Shown here piece by piece: positions 19,023 to 28,642 of a stretch of DNA of 64,000 nt. Numbering within the stretch: position 1 is the stretch's first letter; each line of letters opens with the position of its first letter. The notes under the pieces were generated by a model. It was not told where the DNA came from. It did no database searches and saw only the letters and a list, made by a program, of their open reading frames with translations. The position numbers and the translations under genes are program-made. The stretch comes from Nitrososphaeraceae archaeon (GTDB taxonomy: Archaea; Thermoproteota; Nitrososphaeria; Nitrososphaerales; Nitrososphaeraceae): NCBI GenBank assembly GCA_040414675.1, contig JBEDUN010000164.1:3-64002 (forward strand), given 5' to 3'.

Positions 19023-19256
19023 ATGGATCGAGTTAGGCGTATCTCAAGCGATTTATTACAGCAATATCCTGAAAGATTTACTACCGACTTTAACGAAAAT
19101 AAAAAAATAGTACAAGAACTTGCAAAAGTAAAATCAAAAGTTTTAAGAAATAAGATTGCAGGATATATTACATCATATCTCCATAGGAGTTCTGAGAAGG
19201 AGATGCCAATATCTGAAGATGAGGAAGATCTTCAATTAGCAGAACGCAGGGATTGA
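19023..19256 (+). CDS. rps17e: 30S ribosomal protein S17e (eS17)
   Basis: RFTTDFNENKKIVQELAKVKSKVLRNKIAGYITSY matches the eS17 signature (..FT.DF..NKK.V......S K.LRNKIAGYIT). Confidence 0.9.
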   Translation: MDRVRRISSDLLQQYPERFTTDFNENKKIVQELAKVKSKVLRNKIAGYITSYLHRSSEKEMPISEDEEDLQLAERRD

Positions 19257-19268
19257 TTTCATTTCTGA

Positions 19269-19529
19269 TTGATAACTGTGAATTTGCTAGGAGGTGCTAG
19301 AAAAGCACTTGGTAAATCAGAAATTTCGCTTGAAAGTGGCGAAACATCGGTCAGCGGTATTTTAGACTTTCTGAAAATGAATGCCATCGAAAAAGGAATA
19401 ATCGAAAACAACAATCTACTAATTGTTATCAATGGTAAAGACACTTCAGTATTGGATGGATACGATACCATCGTTAGAACCGGAGACGTCATAAAGATAG
19501 TTACTATCGTACATGGTGGAATCCGGTAG
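19269..19529 (+). CDS. MoaD/ThiS-family ubiquitin-like small protein, with two residues (IR) after the GG
   Basis: 86 aa, TTG start. Beta-grasp pattern ...LIVINGKDTSVLDGYDTIVRTGDVIKIVTIVHGG-IR*. Confidence 0.7.
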   Translation: MITVNLLGGARKALGKSEISLESGETSVSGILDFLKMNAIEKGIIENNNLLIVINGKDTSVLDGYDTIVRTGDVIKIVTIVHGGIR

Positions 19530-19538
19530 GGACTCGAT

Positions 19539-20087
19539 TTGACTGAAGTCAAAGTGAGTGATACTTCAGTGCAAATTTCTGGAATATTTGTTTCAATAAT
19601 TTTAATCCGTTTGTCAGACGAACAGAACATCCAAAATATCTTAACTGATGTCAGGTGCGAGCTAAGTTCAAAAGTTGTGTTTCAGATAATCAACCCTAGC
19701 GTTATTTATGGATTGGAGCATCTTCTGCGTACCGTGACTATTACATTTGAAGCAAAAAAGAGAGGGAATATTTTTGTTCATAACGAAGTGATTGACCTAT
19801 TGCTAAGATTTTCCTATTCTAGGCAAGTCTCTGATGCTATTCTTTTCGCCGGATCGTCCAAACGTGGAAGCGCTTGCTTGCTTCTTTATTCGAGGAGCAA
19901 GAATGCTCTGAGTTCAGCAAAAAAAATCTTATACAGAAAATTTGACTGTATAGGAGAGAAATTGTTGCAAACAGATCTTGTGAAGAAAGCCAAGATCTCA
20001 GCGAAATTAGGTATTGACCACAATTTTTTTGATGATGCTAATTTTTTGAAGTACTTGATTGAACGCTCCGCGTTACTCGTTAGATAG
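19539..20087 (+). CDS. cgi121: KEOPS complex subunit Cgi121
   Basis: FQIINPSVIYGLEHLLRTV...EVIDLLLRFSYSRQVSDAILFAG...GSACLLLY parallels archaeal Cgi121 (FQILNADVVATKKHVLHAI...MEILVRASGQRQIHEAIKIIG...NVCLI) as I recall it. TTG start. Confidence 0.65.
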   Translation: MTEVKVSDTSVQISGIFVSIILIRLSDEQNIQNILTDVRCELSSKVVFQIINPSVIYGLEHLLRTVTITFEAKKRGNIFVHNEVIDLLLRFSYSRQVSDAILFAGSSKRGSACLLLYSRSKNALSSAKKILYRKFDCIGEKLLQTDLVKKAKISAKLGIDHNFFDDANFLKYLIERSALLVR

Positions 20088-20607
20088 CATTACTGCGCTT
20101 TTCTAAAACTGAACTAAATATGTGATCAGGCCTCAGTACTGATATGCCGGCTATGTCGCCAACTATTTCGATCAGAACGATCCAATCTGGTTGCTTAAGT
20201 GAGACTTTGTTGGCAAATATACTGGCTACTTTTGTTAAGATGGTGGAGGAAGACATGGATGTATGTCTTTTTTCTATCGTAATTCTGAATGATTCACTGT
20301 CTTTTATTTTATGTCTTAATTTGTTCGATGCATTCAAGATATTCTCTAAAGTAGCTGGTGATGTAATTTCTAGAGGTAACACTCTTAGAATGTAATGAAT
20401 CTTCCAGGGCTCACTTCTAACAAGATTTCTTAGTTTAAAAATAACTTCAAGTGGATCTATTGTGGAGTGTGCAAATACAATTCCTGAGATTTTGGTTAGA
20501 AAGCATTCTGGATCTGGATCTCCAAAGTCTCTCAGTATCTCATCAATTTCATCTCTAGCATCCTCTTCCCCATGTCGAAAAGTTGAAACTATGAGGTTAG
20601 CAATCAT
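20080..20607 (-). CDS. Stand-alone THUMP-domain protein (predicted tRNA-binding)
   Basis: 175 aa with the layout of archaeal stand-alone THUMP proteins (N-terminal ferredoxin-like part, then ...FRITIEKRHTSMSS...IVLIEIVGDIAGISVL). Starts 1 nt after the sua5 stop. Confidence 0.65.
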   Translation of the reverse strand: MIANLIVSTFRHGEEDARDEIDEILRDFGDPDPECFLTKISGIVFAHSTIDPLEVIFKLRNLVRSEPWKIHYILRVLPLEITSPATLENILNASNKLRHKIKDSESFRITIEKRHTSMSSSTILTKVASIFANKVSLKQPDWIVLIEIVGDIAGISVLRPDHIFSSVLEKRSNAI

Positions 20608-20608
20608 T

Positions 20609-21277
20609 TTAATTCTTTGGTCTTAAGTCTATCTTTAGTACCGTAGATATAACTTGATAGATTTTGTCAGATTGAATTGCACCATGTCGAAGAATTCTCA
20701 TGTCCGAGTCGAGCACCTCTACGATGGTTGATTCTCTCCCTTTTACAAGAACACCACCATCCAACAAGGCGTCATAACCTGATATGCCAGAACTTAGGAT
20801 ATCCGAAGAACTTAAGAATGGTTCTTTGCCTGAGAGGTTCGCACTTGTTCCTACTAGGAATTTGCCACCACTGATTAAATCTCGAGTGCATTTGTTATCA
20901 GGGATCCTAACTGCAAGCTTGTCACCTCCCGCGATGACTTGCTTCGATATATTGTCATCGATGCACGGTGAGACGATAGTTAAAGCACCTGGCCAAAAAT
21001 GCTGAGCAAGTGTTTTTGCGATAATATTCATTTGAACCAATCTTTCGATATCACCAATATCTGATCCTAGTATTGGTAATGCTTTCTTCTGGTCACGACC
21101 TTTGATCTTAAAGATTCTCTCTACCGATTTATCAAAATATGGATTACAACCTATCCCATAGACAGTGTCTGTGGGATAAATGATGACACCTCCATCACTG
21201 AGAATTGAAGTACATCTTGCTATGTCTGTGCTACTAGAACATTCAAACATTTTGATGGCCAATTCTAAAACCACCAC
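20609..21277 (-). CDS. sua5: L-threonylcarbamoyladenylate synthase (Sua5/YrdC/TsaC family)
   Basis: GGVIIYPTDTVYGIGCNP, KIKGRDQKKALPIL, LAVRIP and GTSANLSG motifs. Confidence 0.9.
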   Translation of the reverse strand: MVVLELAIKMFECSSSTDIARCTSILSDGGVIIYPTDTVYGIGCNPYFDKSVERIFKIKGRDQKKALPILGSDIGDIERLVQMNIIAKTLAQHFWPGALTIVSPCIDDNISKQVIAGGDKLAVRIPDNKCTRDLISGGKFLVGTSANLSGKEPFLSSSDILSSGISGYDALLDGGVLVKGRESTIVEVLDSDMRILRHGAIQSDKIYQVISTVLKIDLRPKN

Positions 21278-21693
21278 TCACTACATAACTTAGAATTTGA
21301 AATACTTGAATTATTCATCGATAAGATATTGATAAAGTTACTTAAATCCATACTAATCATCATCGATTGACTTATTGCTTGCATCAATACTTTATAATTA
21401 TTTGAGCTATAGGAGCATTTGTGTCTATTTATTCGTCAAATGTTTTATAGAATATGGCCGAAACGCCAGATATGTTATATTATGATTAATTATTCCTTTT
21501 TTTGTCAAATGCGTTGGGGAGAACAAGTCGTTTCTATTTCAAACATCGAATGATAAGTTGATTCAACCTATTACGTCTCAATCTTAGGAGTCATAATTAG
21601 CCAATCTTTAAGATATAAGATTATATTAATAGTTCAGATTCCAATACAATGAACCTTGTATCTTCGAAAAACACGATTCAAACATATACTAAA

Positions 21694-22107
21694 CTATCTC
21701 AAATCCTCGAGCTCTTTTTCATCTCTATAATATTCAGGATTCAATCTAAATCCGGATGTGGATTCGTACGGTATGTCACTCAACTTTAGATGATATTCAA
21801 GTCTACGCCTTTTTAATTGTCTACCAAACCAAAGGACGAATTGCTGCTCTATCATGCTACCTTCTTCTTTCATTATTTCCGGGTGTACATCAAGCAAGCT
21901 CTCGACAAAGTAGGGATCAAAGTAAAGTTGAAAGAAATCCCATCCCATCGCCTTGCCAGTAGAGGAGCATTCGCACTGGCTTTTTGCATGTATTCCCCAC
22001 TCCAACTCCCCTATGAACTCCATTATCCTTTGTCTTTCCCTGTCAAAATTTATGCAAGACCCAGATACTATTATCGATGGCGGCTTTTCAGCAAATTTTC
22101 TGTTCAA
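21694..22107 (-). CDS. Hypothetical protein
   Basis: 137-aa ORF with no recognisable motif. The overlapping plus-strand ORFs look like shadows. Confidence 0.45.
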   Translation of the reverse strand: MNRKFAEKPPSIIVSGSCINFDRERQRIMEFIGELEWGIHAKSQCECSSTGKAMGWDFFQLYFDPYFVESLLDVHPEIMKEEGSMIEQQFVLWFGRQLKRRRLEYHLKLSDIPYESTSGFRLNPEYYRDEKELEDLR

Positions 22108-22178
22108 GCTTGTAATATATACTTACGATATCATGGTATTTAAAAGTCAGCAGTGCTGTATTCTCAAATGAGTCTGAT

Positions 22179-23804
22179 TCAAAGGTATGACTGGACTAAA
22201 TTACACGTCCTTTCTATGCCAAGATCAAGTACATAGTTGCCGATTCTAGGTCCTTTGTCTGCCCCTACTAATATTCTATATAGTAGGGTAAAGAATTCTT
22301 TGATTCCGATTCCATTTCTTCTGGAAATATCAAAGATCATTGACTGTAGATTTCTAGGAGACTCGTCAAACCCTTCCTTTCCCTTAAAATCTTCTAAGCC
22401 TCGGATTAATTCCATCAATGCTGTTCTATCCCTGATGGTAAGATCTAATTCAGACTTACTATCATTTCTTAGGCCATGGTCATCGGCCCAGTTTGCGGCT
22501 AATCTAATCTTCTTTGTTAGAACTGCCTCCGCCTTAGCAATAATGCCGTACTTTGTCAGTCTTCCATAAACTTTTTCTACCCTTTGATCGTCATCTGAGA
22601 AGAGTAATGCTTGCTGTACTAATAGTCTATATGGAACATGTTTTGTGGGATTGGAAGGCGGTTTTAAGTGATTTATGTATTCATAAATGCCCTTAAGCTT
22701 GGCAAGTTTTGTTTGATTTTCTTCCAAAATTATTCCAAAATATAGATCCTCATAATAATCATACTCATCCATCAAAGAAGGTATATCGTCTAAGGAAACG
22801 TGTCTTGTTCCTGTTACTCGCTTGTATAACAATAACAATAGTGATTCAGGTGTTCCATAACGTAACCACATTTGAGGCGTTAAAACATTGCCCTTTGATT
22901 TGCTAATTTTCTGTCCTATCTTATCGAGAAACATCTCGTATCTAAGATGTAATGGATGGGAGTAGCCTAATACGTCATTGGATACCCAGTCATTTATTCT
23001 CACTGAGTCCATGATATCCTTTCCATAAGCTTCAAACTTGACATTAAATGCTTGCCATCTAGCTGCGAATTCTACTTTCCAAGCTAGCTTGCCATTTCCA
23101 TCATTAATGCTTGATTCACCATAATATCCACATCCCCTCACTATTTGATTTCCAATTCTGGTGTCTGAACATGAATACGAGACCTTCTTCTCCTCAGGGA
23201 TATATCTCTCTGCTTTTGCAACATACAGTCTGCCACAATTTCGACAAATAGGGAAATATGGAAGCGTCTGATTATATTTGTCCTGACCTATCATAGCTTG
23301 AATTCCTACCCCAAGACGTTCACTATTTCGTAGAATAGTATCAATTTGCGCTGACAAAATATTCTTCTTGTATGCTTCAGTACCACTTTGAAATTTGTAA
23401 CGAACTCCAACTCTATCGAGCCCTTCCAGAAGCAAACCGCTCATATGAGCGCCATATGATGTATGACAATCACCAAATGGATCTGAAATCTCTGAAACCG
23501 GCTTCGCGATCTCGTTTTTTAAATATTCAGGTAATCCATGAGGTATCTTCCGCAGACCGTCCATATCATCTGAATAGGTTATAAGCTCACTTTTGAAACC
23601 AAGGCTCTGAAGTGCAAGAGTAACACCATAAGCTCTAACCGCATCGCCCATACTACCTATATGAGGAATACCGGATGCTCCCAAACCACTTTCCACCCGT
23701 ATGAGATCCGTATCTCTACCCAATTTCCGCTCCCTTGATAGAAGATCATGGGCAATCTTATCTATCCAAGTACCTTTGCCGAGGATCTCCCCAATGAATT
23801 TCAT
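22179..23804 (-). CDS. lysK: Lysyl-tRNA synthetase, class I
   Basis: 541 aa. GASGIPHIGSMGD (HIGH-type) and KISKSKGN (KMSKS-type) motifs in the class I LysRS arrangement. Confidence 0.95.
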   Translation of the reverse strand: MKFIGEILGKGTWIDKIAHDLLSRERKLGRDTDLIRVESGLGASGIPHIGSMGDAVRAYGVTLALQSLGFKSELITYSDDMDGLRKIPHGLPEYLKNEIAKPVSEISDPFGDCHTSYGAHMSGLLLEGLDRVGVRYKFQSGTEAYKKNILSAQIDTILRNSERLGVGIQAMIGQDKYNQTLPYFPICRNCGRLYVAKAERYIPEEKKVSYSCSDTRIGNQIVRGCGYYGESSINDGNGKLAWKVEFAARWQAFNVKFEAYGKDIMDSVRINDWVSNDVLGYSHPLHLRYEMFLDKIGQKISKSKGNVLTPQMWLRYGTPESLLLLLYKRVTGTRHVSLDDIPSLMDEYDYYEDLYFGIILEENQTKLAKLKGIYEYINHLKPPSNPTKHVPYRLLVQQALLFSDDDQRVEKVYGRLTKYGIIAKAEAVLTKKIRLAANWADDHGLRNDSKSELDLTIRDRTALMELIRGLEDFKGKEGFDESPRNLQSMIFDISRRNGIGIKEFFTLLYRILVGADKGPRIGNYVLDLGIERTCNLVQSYL

Positions 23805-25462
23805 ACTTGGTTCAGCACCTTAGTGACATAAGGCCCATTTTGATCATAGCCAAACTTTCGATAGTATCTCCTCGTTCCAACTGCGCTGATCACTGACAAT
23901 TTTTTCAGCCCAAATTCATTTTTGACTATGCGTTCAGCTTCGTTTAACATTCCGACCCCCAATCCTTTATGCTGATACTTTCCGGATTCTTTTTTTTGTC
24001 CGATTTCGACTGTCCTGCCGTAGACATGCAATTCTCTAACTATGGCCGCTCCATTCTCATCTGATGTTTTCAAGTATTTTATTACAGGGTTATTGGTATA
24101 ACGCAAGCGCAAGAAACCCAGTATAATTGCGTTATCTTTACTTTCATATGAAAGAAACACCTCGTGACCATTGGATGCATCATAATCCAATCTATTCAAA
24201 ATCATTTCATCCACTTGTAAATTTGAATTCCCATTCTGATGACCGATTTCTCTGCATCTAATACAATTACATCTCAGCCCTGACTTATTCAATTCATTAA
24301 TAGCTAGTTGTCTTAAGTTTCCACGTTTTGGTCCGTCTATGATATCTTTAGATTCTATTTCTCTTTGCACACGCATGATTCTAACCCAAGGAGGAACTAT
24401 TTTTTTTATTTCAGCTAGGACTCTTAGCATATCATCATCACTGTATGCCTTGTATTTGCCGTTTTTATACAAGTTGAACAAGCCAGTGTTCGCTAAGACA
24501 AGTGTCGGGTAGATTTTTACCATATCCGGCTTATAAAATGGGTGATAAAACAAGGTTTTGAAATCGGCAACATCTTTTTCGAAAGTTGTTCCAGGTAATC
24601 CTGGCATCATATGTGCGACGATCTTACAACCAGCATCTCGAGCAACTTTGAATGACTCGATTACTTCTCTAAGAGTATGTCCACGATTAACAATTCGGTA
24701 TACGCTCTCCTGTAATGACTGTACACCAATTTCTACTCTCGTAACACCTAACTCTAGCATTAACTCTATGTGTTTCTGTCTACAATAATCGGGTTTTGTT
24801 TCAATCGTCAATCCCACGCATCTCGATCTGCTAGTTTCGTTATTTTTTTTCGCGTCCATAAGGTTAGTTGATAGACTTTGGCTCCCCTTGTACGTATTCA
24901 AGGCATTAAAACATCCTTTTACGAAATCTCTTTGATAATCCTTAGGCATGAAGGGAAACGTTCCCCCGACTATTACCAATTCTATCTTAGATATATTGTG
25001 GCCGCGTGTCTCCAACTGACATAACTTACTCGTTACCTGCTCAAATGAATCGAATTTTGATCTTTGAGCTATTTTCGAGGATGGTTCAGATCCGGTATAA
25101 CTTAGCGGTGTGTTATGCTCAATTCCGCCCGGACAGTAAATACACCTGCCATGTGGACATTCGTATGGTTTTGGCATCACGGTAACTATGGCAACTCCAG
25201 AGGCGGTTTGAATAGGTCTTACCATAAGGATTTTCCGATAGTTGCTGTCAAAGGGTAAGAATTGGATTATGTTCTCGTTTTTTGGTAGAGACTTCAGATG
25301 AAATGAAGCAGATACCTCGCGCAGAATTTTGAATATTTCAGCTTTGGTCATATCAGATTTTGTCGATAGTATTTCTGCAATTGCATTGCAGGCCTCGAGA
25401 AAAACATTATGCGAGTTTAAATATACTTCTGTAGAATTGTTTGTGGTACACTTTTCTTCCAA
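23801..25462 (-). CDS. elp3: Elp3 homolog (radical SAM plus GNAT; tRNA wobble-uridine modification)
   Basis: 553 aa. CPHGRCIYCPGG radical-SAM cluster motif and a C-terminal GNAT motif (YQHKGLGVGMLNEAE). Confidence 0.95.
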   Translation of the reverse strand: MEEKCTTNNSTEVYLNSHNVFLEACNAIAEILSTKSDMTKAEIFKILREVSASFHLKSLPKNENIIQFLPFDSNYRKILMVRPIQTASGVAIVTVMPKPYECPHGRCIYCPGGIEHNTPLSYTGSEPSSKIAQRSKFDSFEQVTSKLCQLETRGHNISKIELVIVGGTFPFMPKDYQRDFVKGCFNALNTYKGSQSLSTNLMDAKKNNETSRSRCVGLTIETKPDYCRQKHIELMLELGVTRVEIGVQSLQESVYRIVNRGHTLREVIESFKVARDAGCKIVAHMMPGLPGTTFEKDVADFKTLFYHPFYKPDMVKIYPTLVLANTGLFNLYKNGKYKAYSDDDMLRVLAEIKKIVPPWVRIMRVQREIESKDIIDGPKRGNLRQLAINELNKSGLRCNCIRCREIGHQNGNSNLQVDEMILNRLDYDASNGHEVFLSYESKDNAIILGFLRLRYTNNPVIKYLKTSDENGAAIVRELHVYGRTVEIGQKKESGKYQHKGLGVGMLNEAERIVKNEFGLKKLSVISAVGTRRYYRKFGYDQNGPYVTKVLNQV

Positions 25463-26932
25463 TTATGCAGAAATACTTTCAGACAATTAATATTAATTTT
25501 CCTTCTTTTATGGTGTCAAAGTTTCAAATATGAGTCTAATTTAAAGACCATTTCAATGCCATAAAACCCCAAGATTATTACTAGATGACTTGATTCATAT
25601 GTGTAATTTTAGCTGATTTAATTAAGCCTTTCTCAAAATACTTTAAAAAATCATAAATATCTCACAAGTACAGTTATTGATATCTCGAAGTAAAACTACT
25701 ATTGCTATTTGACCTGATTTTGATCTGGATGTAAAATTGGATTCCCCATGTCCATAACACAATTAATAACTTGATTACGCAATTTGCTATCTAATTACAA
25801 AAAGAGTAGCGAGTTACCAAAGATGTACAAAACAAGAATTCAAGCCTAAAGCGAAATTATATCAAACTATATTCTTTGTATTTTTTGAATGATATTAAGA
25901 TCATAATCGAATCACGGCATTCAATTCTATCAGTATTTGTAGACAGATATTCTGTAATACATTTCTTGGTAATGATTGAATCCATATATGCTAGGCTAAG
26001 CTAGGTCACATTTAGTAACTGCTAGTTCATTGAATTGGAGCCTGACTAGCGAGCATCAAATTTGAAATTAATTTAGTTAAGATGTCTCTTCGTACATCGC
26101 AGTCTGAGACTTTTGTGATCTAGTCTATGTAACGTTGAAGATGAAGATGGTCATAAGCTCAAGTTATCATGACTAAAATTGAAAAATGAAATCTAGTGTA
26201 AGTGTCGTAGATGTCTTATTGGACAGTTCTAAATCCAATAGACATTGAAAATGAATTCTCGGGGTAAAAAATAACTTCAAGAGTCAATGATAGCCTGCTA
26301 GCCTGCATAGATACCGCCGGTGATCTTGTGTTTATCTATTCCTTTATTATGCAACGTTAAGGAACGACGACTTATACTGTGCAAATTCTATCCATAATGT
26401 TAGCCGATCTATAACGACAACATGCAAGTCTTCGAGAAAGAAACTTTGCATATTTCGCTGTTTGGCAGTCTGGCGGTTAATTCATCCACTTACAACTACG
26501 ACTACCTTTTTTCGTAGTGTTTTGCTCATTATGAATGATAATTCATGTTGCAAGTTGCAGATCTCTGAAAATGCAATTGATTAAAGTGATATCCTCTGTA
26601 GACTAGGCTTGAAGTCAAGAGATTAACATCAATATAAAGCAAGATTCTTATGTTCAATAGTTGACGACTGACTGTCTAATTGCTAGCTTGCTTGTTTGGA
26701 GCAATTCAAAATACTCCCATAGTTGTAGCTAGAGATTAGTGAAACCCTTGTATGTTAGTTCTGTTGATACTGTGTCAGGATTACAAGATCAATAAAAATG
26801 ACTACAGTTATGGTTATTATACGAGTTTTGTTCTTAATGTATCAATGCTATTTGTGGATACTCTAGCAGTTGCAATTCATATCGTGACTGCCGAGAAATT
26901 CAGTAAATGCGTTTGTCACCTAGGAGACAATT

Positions 26933-27364
26933 ATGATTAAAGTATTATTAATACTATTTGCAGTAATAGTAGTAAGCATGGTAGTTTTTTCAACGGCTAG
27001 AGTAAAGCCGATACCTAGTTCAAATTATACAATAGCAGGATTGAATAATAAAACCGTCAATATAGCAGTCCGTAACCAAGACCGTCTTCTTAATATGGCT
27101 AGATTATATAATGCTTCATCAACTAAGGTTAAAGGTTTAGACGCCGCAGGAGGAGTACTTGCATGCCTCGGTGCAAATATTTATTTCCATACGATAAGCT
27201 CTAGTAATTTTTGGTATTCAGTTACTAAACAAATATTAGATAATTGCGACGACTATGTTATGACCCAGTTTTCTAATAAAACGTCTGCGCTTTATGGCGA
27301 AGGCTCTAATGCGACAGTTGTCAATATCGCCCATGATTACTTGAAGTCACGTGGTATTCAGTAG
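26933..27364 (+). CDS. Small secreted/anchored hypothetical protein
   Basis: 143 aa with an N-terminal hydrophobic helix (VLLILFAVIVVSMVVF). It is the only credible ORF in a 3.2-kb stretch. Confidence 0.45.
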   Translation: MIKVLLILFAVIVVSMVVFSTARVKPIPSSNYTIAGLNNKTVNIAVRNQDRLLNMARLYNASSTKVKGLDAAGGVLACLGANIYFHTISSSNFWYSVTKQILDNCDDYVMTQFSNKTSALYGEGSNATVVNIAHDYLKSRGIQ

Positions 27365-28642
27365 TTGCTGGTTGTATTGAGATAGCGATAAAAGAGTTCA
27401 TTCATTAATCTAATTCTAAATTGGACTGTCACCAGAGGATTAGCAGACTTATATGATAGAATTTCAAAATGTCTTCAAATCCGAAATTAAACGATTTGAA
27501 GCCTACATGATGAGGGGTCATTTATGCAAGACTTTACGGATATAAGATAGTTGTGAAGCGTTCCTTCCAAGATCGTGTATTTGATTATCTTATTATTATC
27601 CGTAATCAACACATCATTTCTCTACACATTCTATCCTACAGTGTATTAAGACATTAAAAGAGCCTCTCGAAACTAATATACGATACACATTGGTAGTAGG
27701 GATTGATTCTACCTGTTTATGCGCAATCTCATGTTCCGTTTCATAATATTAGTAATGGTCTAAATATTTGCGTATTGTATCCCTCAGTTTTGTCCAATAG
27801 GCTGAAATATATTATGTCCTCAGGCTCGGTTCGAAATCGGTTTGTCTTAATCCCCCTTTAGCCGTCGAAGTAAAATCCATGTAGTTCAAATCACAACTTG
27901 CTCTTCCAAATCTCGTCTGACTTTTTACTAAATTCACTTGTTTAAATAACTGATATCTTATCACAACACCATTTGTTGCCACTAGAATCTTGATCTTTAT
28001 AGCGAATTAGTTCAAATATTGAAATTACTAAGTGAATTACCTCTGCTTATTAAGCGGTCCAATGAATATTGTAATATTATAATGCTCTTCGAAATTTCTA
28101 TTCTTTGTGATCAAAGCATTTATAATTGTCTAATCAGTTTCACCAAAATCTACTGCAAGTTATATTGGTATTTGGTACTCCCTTCACTACACTTTACTTG
28201 TAATATCTTGATTTCCATAGCATAAATATATTTCAAAATCTGCGGTATCATCGTGATATCGTCCCCAATACTGCTTACCCCGACCTAACTTTACAAGGAA
28301 GATCCTCAATTTGTGCAAGACCGCCATTCATAGATATGATTGTTGCTTGATGAAAGACGTGAGATCACATACATCGTCTTGAACTAGCTAATTTGTAACT
28401 TTCAATTACATGTTCAGAACAGGTACAGCTAAAGACTCTGAAGCCAACCTTCATAAATTAGACTTGGATCCACACAAATTGGATATAGAATATGAGTTTA
28501 GATATTCTAATGAAATGAAATTAGATAGCAATATTCAGAATGGTCGAAAGTGAAATCTAAATGACTATTCACTTTAGTTAAGGATAGGGTTATGATAATT
28601 TCATAAAAGACTCGAGAATATTTAACAGAAATTATTGTAATT

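Noticed and set aside
26291-26306. The tandem 8-mer tagcctgc x2 (and GCTAGG repeats at about 25991-26008), considered as a possible CRISPR or satellite seed
   Set aside because: There are only two short copies and no regularly spaced repeat series. It is far below anything array-like.
27824-27840. A T-loop-like GGTTCGAAATCGG in the long spacer
   Set aside because: No complementary T-stem, acceptor stem or anticodon arm is present, so it is not a tRNA.
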